Shown here in pieces: positions 30,620 to 38,513 of a DNA stretch of 64,000 nt. Under the pieces are notes generated by a model that saw only the letters and a program-made list of their open reading frames with translations, was not told where the DNA came from and did not search any database. This DNA is from Candidatus Daviesbacteria bacterium. GTDB lineage: Bacteria > Patescibacteriota > Microgenomatia > Daviesbacterales > UBA10151. Position 1 is the first letter of the stretch. Every line of letters begins with the position of its first letter. Location: contig JACOXG010000010.1 of the NCBI GenBank assembly GCA_016176405.1, positions 33,078 through 97,077 of the forward strand, read 5' to 3'. The translations under genes were made by a program, and so were the position numbers.

Positions 30620-30920
30620 GCAACTCATCAATTTAGACAATTCAATAGAGAATTCAGACTGGATAAAAAAGATTAAAGATAATATCGGTCTTGAAAAGCA
30701 ATCAGAAAAATCGTCCCCTAGTGAACTTGATGCATTAAGTATGTCAATAGATGTATCTACAAGGAAATATCTATTGGAATTGCTTGACTATAAAAAGCAG
30801 ATTAAAGAACAACTAAAGAATTCTGATAATGATGTATTGTATCAGCGACAGTTAAAGGACGCATTGGAAATCATAGATAATAATATAAATCGCATAAGGT
30901 TTGATGGAATACTAGATTAA
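30612..30920 (+). CDS. hypothetical protein
   Basis: ORF only. Confidence 0.3.
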   Translation: MNKQLINLDNSIENSDWIKKIKDNIGLEKQSEKSSPSELDALSMSIDVSTRKYLLELLDYKKQIKEQLKNSDNDVLYQRQLKDALEIIDNNINRIRFDGILD

Positions 30921-31447
30921 TGCCAGTCAATATTGAAAAACAGCAAGGCTTAAAGATTCCACACAAGGTATGGGTGTATCCAAAGACTGGCGGGAAGCCG
31001 TTTATGACCACAAGGTGGAGGAATATTCCTGTAAATTATTATACTGGAGATCTTAAATTCGTTGATAGCAAAGAATATACAGGAGACTTACAGAATGTAT
31101 ATAAGCAATGGATAAAGTTTCTGCAAGGCTACCAAGGGCAATATAGAAAAATGCTTCCAGTAATTGCACTGCAAGAAATATTATCCAAAAATAGCAATGG
31201 TCTATTAGCTGTGTCTCATAATAGAATAGTAGGAATAGCGACATATACTAAAGACAATCAGATTTCTATAATAAGTTCTTCCCTATTTGAGATGGATACC
31301 CCAATAGAATCATTTCTGGTTAGTTCTTTGAAACAAGAATTGAAAAATAGAAATATATTAGTTGATGAGCCAGATGCTATGTCAGATTCAGAGAATAATT
31401 TTGATGATTTTGTGGATTCTGTGCATTTTGTAGATGGAAATGAATAA
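30920..31447 (+). CDS. hypothetical protein carrying a diverged copy of the N-module
   Basis: 'NIEKQQGLKIPHKVWVYPKTGGKPFMTTRWRNIP'. Confidence 0.35.
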   Translation: MPVNIEKQQGLKIPHKVWVYPKTGGKPFMTTRWRNIPVNYYTGDLKFVDSKEYTGDLQNVYKQWIKFLQGYQGQYRKMLPVIALQEILSKNSNGLLAVSHNRIVGIATYTKDNQISIISSSLFEMDTPIESFLVSSLKQELKNRNILVDEPDAMSDSENNFDDFVDSVHFVDGNE

Positions 31448-33617
31448 ACTAGATTTATTAAATGATTTTCTAGAAAAGGCTCGTGTCTATCTTCAGCCTG
31501 GAGAAAAGCCTCCTGAGAATGTTCAAGTTTATCAAGGAAAGAGAGGGGGCAAGTACTATCTTTCTAGGACTGGGCTTGCTGAGAAATGGTACTCAAAGCC
31601 AAAACAAAAGTTTGGCGCATTAGCAGAACAAGATTATCCTACACTAGAGTCTAGGAAACAAGTGTTATTAACATTTGTTCCGCCAATGTATAGAGATAAG
31701 AAAGTTACTTTTAATCCAAAATTATTAAAATCTTCAAATCCTAAAATGCTGTCTGCTGCCAAAGAATGGCTGGTGAAGTGGGTGGCAAAAGACGGTAAAG
31801 AGCAGGTAGCCTATTCACAGAATCACCAAGAAAAGAGTGACATAGAAAAATGGAATCGAATGAAAGTAATGTCTAAAAAGCTACCTTTGATTAGGAAGCT
31901 ATATAATAGTCTATTAGATAGCAAAGAGGAGTCAGATAGAGCTATTGGGGCTATTATTTCATTGTTAGATATTACAGGCTTTAGAATAGGAAAAGAGCAA
32001 TATGCTGAAGAGCATGGTACTTATGGCATTTCTTCCCTTCGCTGCAGCCAAGTTAGATTATTGCCAGACAGCAAAATAGAACTTAATTTCATTGGCAAGA
32101 AAGGAGTCGAGTTCAAAGGAGAAAGATTTATAGTCCCAAATAAAGTTTATAATTTCTTGTCTAGATGCAAATTAAGCTCAAAGAGAATGGATAAGATATT
32201 TCCTGTAGATGAAGGCGATGTATATAAAGTATTATCAGACTTTGGTGTGAGCGCTAAGGATTTCAGGACATATCATGCCAATAGACTATTATTTTCCGAA
32301 TTGATTTCCGGCCCCCAATATAAAGGCAATGAAATAAAGAGAGAAAATAGAGTAAAAGAAATAATAAAGGAAATAGCAGAAAGATTGGGGCATAATTGGA
32401 CTACGTCAAGAAAAGCCTATATGAATCCGTTTATTGTCAGAGCATATTTAGATAAGGAAGATTTATCCGAATTTGGGGCTATTTATAAAGAGGACATCGA
32501 TTTAGAAAAGTCTTATGCTTCTGATAAATGCATGGAATGTAAGATGTCTCCTGTTATTGAACTATTGTGGGCAGAAGGGATGGCTCATGCATGGTTTTGT
32601 GATAAGCACTATAAAGAATTCAAAAAAGAGCACTCAGATGATATATCTTCAGAGCGGGAATTAAAATGGGGAGTTGCCTCAAAACATTGGAAGAACGGGG
32701 TGCCAACAAAAGAGGATGCATTAAAACTAGAAAAAAATGATGCTTATCCCTTAAATCCTGATTCAGAAGAGATGTATAAATGGATTGATGATAATTTAAT
32801 TAAATCAGGATTAGTAATTGGAGGAAAGCAGCCACAAGGAGCAAAGACAATAGGGAGACAAATAGAGCAGAGATTGTATTCTACATTGCAAGTAGCTATT
32901 GACAAGTATTTGTCTAGTTTAACTGGAACTGAGCCAAAAACAGAGGTAATTGAAGGACTGATAGAAGTACTGAAAAAGTGGAAAGAAGTAAATGGCCCAG
33001 TAGCAGATGAAGCATTTGAGAAATTATTTAAGGCAGGATTCCAAGCTGGGACAATGTCAGCTGGAAGAATGGGCACATATGATAAGTTAGCAATGGATAT
33101 AATAAAGAATGGAAAATATAGAATAGGAGAGAGAATAGTCTTATTCGCAGATGATGTAGTAAAGGACTTTGCCAAGATAATTACTAAAGCATATACACCA
33201 GAGGGAATATTTTCATTACAGTCATTAGTCAAGGAGATGAATGAAGCTGTACCAAGTAAGAGAAGCGATTTGGAAAGAATAAGCAGGACTGAAACTTCGA
33301 ATATTAGCAATCTAGGCCGAATTTTTGGCTGGGGAGATGACAAGTATAAATATTTTTATAATTATATCTGGAACAGTAGTCCCGATACAAGACGTAGGGA
33401 AATGAAAAAGATGCGCAGTGAATGGTCGCCTTTGACATTCGATGAAGCTCTGTATCTTTGGACACATAATAAACAGCAATTATCTAATGGGAAGTGGCAA
33501 AATGGAAATATAAATTGTCGTTGTAGTTTGTCTCGAACGCCAAGAGAGGATGAGTATAAAGGAAATAGATTTGAAGGACAGCCAATTTTTGAAAAGACTT
33601 TGGACTTTAGTTTCTAA
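31434..33617 (+). CDS. type IB DNA topoisomerase domain fused to a putative Mu F/SPP1 gp7-like head-morphogenesis region; N-terminal conserved module
   Basis: TopIB blocks: 'GFRIGKEQY' (~ 'LRAGNEKE'), 'GISSLRCSQVRL' (~ 'GCCSLRVEHI'), 'FRTYHAN' (~ 'FRTYNAS'), and catalytic-Tyr block 'TSRKAYMNPFI' (~ 'TSKLNYLDPRI'). The C-terminal 'ISRTETSNISN' recalls the Mu F family RTE motif. N-terminus 'MNKLDLLNDFLEKA'. Confidence 0.65.
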   Translation: MEMNKLDLLNDFLEKARVYLQPGEKPPENVQVYQGKRGGKYYLSRTGLAEKWYSKPKQKFGALAEQDYPTLESRKQVLLTFVPPMYRDKKVTFNPKLLKSSNPKMLSAAKEWLVKWVAKDGKEQVAYSQNHQEKSDIEKWNRMKVMSKKLPLIRKLYNSLLDSKEESDRAIGAIISLLDITGFRIGKEQYAEEHGTYGISSLRCSQVRLLPDSKIELNFIGKKGVEFKGERFIVPNKVYNFLSRCKLSSKRMDKIFPVDEGDVYKVLSDFGVSAKDFRTYHANRLLFSELISGPQYKGNEIKRENRVKEIIKEIAERLGHNWTTSRKAYMNPFIVRAYLDKEDLSEFGAIYKEDIDLEKSYASDKCMECKMSPVIELLWAEGMAHAWFCDKHYKEFKKEHSDDISSERELKWGVASKHWKNGVPTKEDALKLEKNDAYPLNPDSEEMYKWIDDNLIKSGLVIGGKQPQGAKTIGRQIEQRLYSTLQVAIDKYLSSLTGTEPKTEVIEGLIEVLKKWKEVNGPVADEAFEKLFKAGFQAGTMSAGRMGTYDKLAMDIIKNGKYRIGERIVLFADDVVKDFAKIITKAYTPEGIFSLQSLVKEMNEAVPSKRSDLERISRTETSNISNLGRIFGWGDDKYKYFYNYIWNSSPDTRRREMKKMRSEWSPLTFDEALYLWTHNKQQLSNGKWQNGNINCRCSLSRTPREDEYKGNRFEGQPIFEKTLDFSF

Positions 33618-33631
33618 GGAGCATAAGCATA

Positions 33632-34978
33632 GTGTTATCATTTGAAAATGTAAGTGAAGAAGTAAAGAAAATAATAGGAGAATGGAGAAAAAAAGGGGTA
33701 ACACAAGATACAATTGTCCAATGGGTCAAGGAGAACATAAGGCCAGAAATTAGTAGAGATGCAATTAGAAAAGTTATTATGGATTATGATGCAGGAATAG
33801 TAAATTCTCCTATTTCTATTTCAGACCAGGTAAAACAAGATATACAGATTAAATCTAGAGAGGCTGAGGCTAATTATTATAAAAGACTTTACAATGAGTC
33901 TATCAAGGAAGCGGCAGAATTTGAGAAAATCATACAAGTAGCAAAGGAAATAACAAATGCTATTCCTGCCGTAAAGGTTCATTATGCTAAGCCTCAAATA
34001 TTAGCCACTTCTCCCCAATCTGTAGTAGCCCCATTATGTGATACTCATATTGGGGAAAAAGTTGACCTGGCCCAAATGGCTGGCTTAAATGAATATAACA
34101 TGGATATTTTCAATAGACGTCTCTATGGTTGGTCAGACCAAGTTGTGAATCTCGTGCAGTTAAGAAAGAAATATGTAGATGTCCCTAAATTATATGTCCC
34201 AATGCTTGGAGATATGATTTCAGGGGATATACATTTAGAATTGACGAGGACTAATCTTGATAATGTAATGGGGCAGATGATTCGTGGGGCTAATTTGATT
34301 GCTCAGGCATTAGTAAATTTATCCCAGCATTTTGATGAAGTCAATGTTCCTTGTGTAGTTGGAAATCACGGTAGAATGACAATAAAACCTCCAGCAAAGG
34401 ATAAATTTGTTGATTGGGACTATTTATTATTCCAATGGGCAGCGGCTTTTTGTAGAAATCAAAAGAATATCAAATTTGAAATTCCTAGAAGCTTTATGCA
34501 CGTCTTTAGTGTAGAAGGGAAGAATGTCCTAATAATGCACGGTGATTCAATAAAGATGTGGCAATCAATCCCAGCCTATGGGATTATTAGGGCTATTAGC
34601 CAACTAAGACAGACATTGCAATTCAGACGTGGTCTTGAAGAAGACATAGAGAAATTAGTCAAGTCAGAAGGCAAGTCTTCTTCTAGTTTTGTGTCTTTGT
34701 TAGCTTCATATTTTGATACAGTTTTGATAGGACATTTTCATACAGTTAGTGAATTTGATATAGGGACAGGAGAAGCATATGTTTGTGGTTGCGTAAAAGG
34801 GGCAGATGAATATGCTTTTGGACGATTGCATCAAGCTAGCAAGCCAAAGCAAATTTTACTATATGCTCATCCCAAGTATGGGTTTATTAGCAAAGATATT
34901 ATTTTCTTAGATAAGTATGATAAGGCTGAAAGAAGTTTTGTAGATTCATTACCAGATGTGTGGGCTGAAAAGATATAA
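33632..34978 (+). CDS. calcineurin-like metallophosphoesterase
   Basis: 'CDTHIG' (DxH), 'LGDMISGD' (GD), 'VVGNHGRM' (GNH), 'MHGD', 'GHFHT' (GHxH). Confidence 0.65.
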   Translation: MLSFENVSEEVKKIIGEWRKKGVTQDTIVQWVKENIRPEISRDAIRKVIMDYDAGIVNSPISISDQVKQDIQIKSREAEANYYKRLYNESIKEAAEFEKIIQVAKEITNAIPAVKVHYAKPQILATSPQSVVAPLCDTHIGEKVDLAQMAGLNEYNMDIFNRRLYGWSDQVVNLVQLRKKYVDVPKLYVPMLGDMISGDIHLELTRTNLDNVMGQMIRGANLIAQALVNLSQHFDEVNVPCVVGNHGRMTIKPPAKDKFVDWDYLLFQWAAAFCRNQKNIKFEIPRSFMHVFSVEGKNVLIMHGDSIKMWQSIPAYGIIRAISQLRQTLQFRRGLEEDIEKLVKSEGKSSSSFVSLLASYFDTVLIGHFHTVSEFDIGTGEAYVCGCVKGADEYAFGRLHQASKPKQILLYAHPKYGFISKDIIFLDKYDKAERSFVDSLPDVWAEKI

Positions 34979-35011
34979 ATCTATAGCAAAAAGATTTATA
35001 ATAATTAGTAT

Positions 35012-35209
35012 ATGCAGCGAAATAATGAGATTCTAGACAGTACATATAGTCTATTAAGTGAGGCTAAGAATGCATTGTTTATGTCATTCAAAAACTTAGA
35101 CAGAAGAAATTTATCTGTTGTATGTGAATGTTTGTATAGAGCAGAGACATTAATAGAGCAAGCAAGAGAGAAATTAGAGGAGGATAATAACGATGATACA
35201 GACAAGTAA
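35012..35209 (+). CDS. hypothetical protein
   Basis: ORF only. Confidence 0.25.
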   Translation: MQRNNEILDSTYSLLSEAKNALFMSFKNLDRRNLSVVCECLYRAETLIEQAREKLEEDNNDDTDK

Positions 35210-35384
35210 TGATCTTAGGCAAGCTGCAATGGATTTATTAAAAGATATTCATAATGAAGCATTGTTAACAGATGTATCAATATACGAGAATAACATAGAA
35301 GAGGCCATATGTAGTTTATATAGGCTGTCTGCCTTTGCTGAAGCTGCAGCAGATTATCTGAAACAAGAACATGATAAAGTATAA
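35193..35384 (+). CDS. hypothetical protein
   Basis: ORF only. Confidence 0.25.
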   Translation: MIQTSNDLRQAAMDLLKDIHNEALLTDVSIYENNIEEAICSLYRLSAFAEAAADYLKQEHDKV

Positions 35385-35574
35385 GAAAGAAACAATAGAA
35401 CAAGATGTCATTGATGACATATTGTGTGACTTATGCCAAAATACTACTAGGAAATCCTATAATTTTGAATATGCTAAAATTATTTCCGATTGGGGATATG
35501 AATCCAAAAAAGATAGAGAAGTATGGAACTATATTCTGTGTGAAGATTGTGCAGATAAATTGATAGATTTTTGA
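35371..35574 (+). CDS. hypothetical CxxC protein
   Basis: 'CDLC..CEDC'. Confidence 0.3.
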   Translation: MIKYKKETIEQDVIDDILCDLCQNTTRKSYNFEYAKIISDWGYESKKDREVWNYILCEDCADKLIDF

Positions 35575-35587
35575 AGTTAAGATAAAA

Positions 35588-36895
35588 ATGCCAATTAGTA
35601 GATCTCAGTTAAACCAGTTAATTTACAAAGCTATCGTGCAAGGTATCCAGCGCAATGGAGACAGAATTTTTAATCAGTCCCAGCAAACTTCTGAATGTTT
35701 TGTACCTGTGGACACGGGCATGTTAAAAAAGTCGGGATATGTGAAGCAACTTTCTAACGGCGTAGAAATTGGCTATATTGCCCCATATGCATGTATTCCA
35801 TACTTGAAACGACAAAAAATAAGGCTTTCTAATGGGGCCCAATTGAATTTAACCAAGCTTAGAATTGGAGATCTAATTGATGATGGATTTGGAAATTCAA
35901 GAGAAGTTATAGCTATTAAAAAGCAACCAAAACAAAAATATAGAATTTTAGAAATTGTTACTGAATCTGGAAAAAAGATTTTGGTAACTGATAATCATAA
36001 AATTTCTATGGGAGGTGATGATTTCAGAGAAGCAAAAAATTTGATTATTGGAGACTCTATTGGTATTGATGATAAATGGGTTAATTCTGTAATAGAGTGT
36101 AAAGTCTGTCATAAAAAAATGAAAGCTATTTCTATTACACATTGTAAAACTCATAGTTTAACTCAAAATGACTACAAGAAATTATATGGGCCTCTAAAAA
36201 ATTGGAAAAGAATTGGCTATAGATCTTGGAATAAGGGACTTAATAAGTTTTCTGATGCTAGAATAGCAAAATATGCTGAAAAATTAATCGAAAATACATC
36301 ATTTAAAAAACCTGAAGTAAAAGAAAAAATGAAGCTAAATCATTGGAGTAAAAGAGGAGGTAAGTCCTGGAATATTGTTAAACGAGTTTATGTTAAATGT
36401 GGGAGTAAAGAATGTAAAAATCTAGTCAAAATATTACTAACTCAAGAAGAATATTATAGGAAACATAAAACATTTTGTTCAAAACTATGCGAATCTAATT
36501 GGAGAGCAATTAGATATTCTGGAGAAGGAAATCCAAGATTTGGAACAAAATGTTCAGCAAAAGGTACTTCTAGGGGCGGCTTTAGAGAAGATCTAGGACA
36601 TTATGTTAGAAGTAGCTGGGAAGCTAATTTTGCTAGGCTGTTAAAATATTCTAATATATCATATTATTATGAAGCTAAACGATTTGACTTGAAAGATGGA
36701 AGAACTTATTGCCCAGATTTTTTAATTCCGTCTCTTAATTGTTATTTAGAACTTAAGGGATATGACGGAGATAATAGATTTGAAAAAGCCAAACAAATTT
36801 ATAGTCAATTGAATTTTATTAAGATTGATGGAAATGTATATAAAGATTTAGAAACTATGTTTAGTAATGTTATTCCATTGTGGGAATATAGATGA
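35588..36895 (+). CDS. N-extein (HK97 gp10-like 'VPVDTGMLKKS' protein) plus intein N-terminal region (blocks A, B) with embedded PD-(D/E)xK/Vsr-like homing-endonuclease domain
   Basis: Intein block A 'CIPYL' begins at Cys69 (nt 35792). Block B is 'VTDNHKI'. Endonuclease-like 'PDFLIPSLNCYLELKGYDGDN'. Confidence 0.55.
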   Translation: MPISRSQLNQLIYKAIVQGIQRNGDRIFNQSQQTSECFVPVDTGMLKKSGYVKQLSNGVEIGYIAPYACIPYLKRQKIRLSNGAQLNLTKLRIGDLIDDGFGNSREVIAIKKQPKQKYRILEIVTESGKKILVTDNHKISMGGDDFREAKNLIIGDSIGIDDKWVNSVIECKVCHKKMKAISITHCKTHSLTQNDYKKLYGPLKNWKRIGYRSWNKGLNKFSDARIAKYAEKLIENTSFKKPEVKEKMKLNHWSKRGGKSWNIVKRVYVKCGSKECKNLVKILLTQEEYYRKHKTFCSKLCESNWRAIRYSGEGNPRFGTKCSAKGTSRGGFREDLGHYVRSSWEANFARLLKYSNISYYYEAKRFDLKDGRTYCPDFLIPSLNCYLELKGYDGDNRFEKAKQIYSQLNFIKIDGNVYKDLETMFSNVIPLWEYR

Positions 36896-37323
36896 TCACT
36901 GAAAAGATTGTTTCAATCAGAGAATTAGTCCCAAAAAGAGCTACTAAAATTCCAGAAGTTTTTGATATACAAACTTCTGGAGGCGGGACTTTTATTCTGA
37001 ATGGTATTATTGTTCATAATTCAGATGTCGAATTTGGAAAACCTGTACGTCCAATTACGGAAACCCAGGAAGTTTTCGTTAGACGATTTAAGCGTAAAGA
37101 TGGAGTTATTGTAAAAGCTCATACAAAGAAATACATTAATAAAAGACTTATTGGCTTTAGACCAAAATTAAGCAAGTTTGAGAGAGGTGAAAAGATATTT
37201 AGAGTAATAAGTGAAGAGAAAGAGCAAACTGGACAGCACTATTTGGGTCGGGCGTTCCAAAAAGAAATTAAAGAGCTCCCAAAGGACATTGAATTTTTTT
37301 TACGGGAATTAGAGAGGAAATAA
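36892..37323 (+). CDS. intein C-terminal fragment (blocks F/G, 43 aa) plus C-extein
   Basis: 'VFDIQTSGGGTFILNGIIVHN|S'. Overlaps the previous ORF by ATGA and is in a different frame. Confidence 0.5.
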   Translation: MITEKIVSIRELVPKRATKIPEVFDIQTSGGGTFILNGIIVHNSDVEFGKPVRPITETQEVFVRRFKRKDGVIVKAHTKKYINKRLIGFRPKLSKFERGEKIFRVISEEKEQTGQHYLGRAFQKEIKELPKDIEFFLRELERK

Positions 37324-37328
37324 AGAAA

Positions 37329-37526
37329 ATGAAATTGTTATATGGAATTGTAAAGATTAATGAAAAGGGTGAAACTATTTCTCCATCATTTGCATGTTTT
37401 AATGATGAAAAATTTGCTAAAGAAGCATTAGATACGTACTACCAAGACGATTTGGGAATTCAGTTTGTAGAATTTTATGACTCAATCGATGATTTTAAAA
37501 TTCGAAATAAAATAGTTGATGCATAG
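37329..37526 (+). CDS. hypothetical protein
   Basis: ORF only. Confidence 0.3.
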   Translation: MKLLYGIVKINEKGETISPSFACFNDEKFAKEALDTYYQDDLGIQFVEFYDSIDDFKIRNKIVDA

Positions 37527-37558
37527 AAAGGAAATAGAATTTAAGGGAGAAAGATACG

Positions 37559-37762
37559 ATGGCTAATAATGATATTAAAGTAACACCAGATCAGCAATAT
37601 ATTTATGATAGATTTTCTAAATGTATAGGGCAACTTCTGCTCTATATTGAAAGTGCTGTTCCTGGTGAGATGCAATGCAAGTCGTTGAAGAAATTAGTGG
37701 AGAATAGGGTTTATCAGACTAGAGATGAGCTTATAGCTAGATTTGGTGAGGTGAAAGAATAG
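37559..37762 (+). CDS. hypothetical protein
   Basis: ORF only. Confidence 0.3.
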   Translation: MANNDIKVTPDQQYIYDRFSKCIGQLLLYIESAVPGEMQCKSLKKLVENRVYQTRDELIARFGEVKE

Positions 37763-38386
37763 ATGATGAACAATAATTTTATGGGCGGAGAATTGCTACT
37801 CCCAAAACCATTTGAATTAAGACACTCTCAGTCTATACATGCATATTTAGCTAGGGAGCGAATAGTATTTATGTACGGAGCTATTGTAGGCTATCCCCAA
37901 AGAATGGATATATTCAATGCCTCCCAAATTGCTGATACTCTTTTGGTGTTGAATAGAATGGATAAGACCAAACCTATTTGGCTAGTTATTGATAGTGAAG
38001 GAGGCTTTGTAAATGATGGTTTAGGTATATATGATGTTATTAAAACTATAGAAGCTCCTGTATATACAGTAGGAAGATCTTGTTTTAGTATGGCAGCTGT
38101 GCTATTGACTGTTGGAGAAAAAGGGCACAGGTATTTGTACCCTCATTCTAAGGTGATGCTTCATCTTCCACAAGGAAGTTCATCAGGAGATTCTGAGGAA
38201 GTAAAGATTCAAGCAAAGGAGCTAGATAAAGTTAAGGATGTCTTAGTTGACATATTAATAGAAAATGGAGTAACAAAACCACGAGCTAGGATACTGAAAG
38301 ATATAAACAGAGAGCACTGGATGGATACACAAGAAGCAATTGCTTATGGCTTGGCAGACAAAGTTTTGATTAAGGGGCTGCTGTAA
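37763..38386 (+). CDS. ClpP-like serine protease (S14 family)
   Basis: Aligns to ClpP: 'IDSEGGFV' (~ SPGG), catalytic Ser 'GRSCFSMAAV', His 'MLHLPQG', and a C-terminal Asp. Confidence 0.75.
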   Translation: MMNNNFMGGELLLPKPFELRHSQSIHAYLARERIVFMYGAIVGYPQRMDIFNASQIADTLLVLNRMDKTKPIWLVIDSEGGFVNDGLGIYDVIKTIEAPVYTVGRSCFSMAAVLLTVGEKGHRYLYPHSKVMLHLPQGSSSGDSEEVKIQAKELDKVKDVLVDILIENGVTKPRARILKDINREHWMDTQEAIAYGLADKVLIKGLL

Positions 38387-38513
38387 TAGAATGTATTTAA
38401 CTTGTCAAATGTGCGGGCATAAGTCTCATATATCAACTTGGACACGCATATCTGATCAGACATTTTCGTGCCCAAAATGCGGGGCTTATAAATATTTCTT
38501 AGGTAAATAAGCA

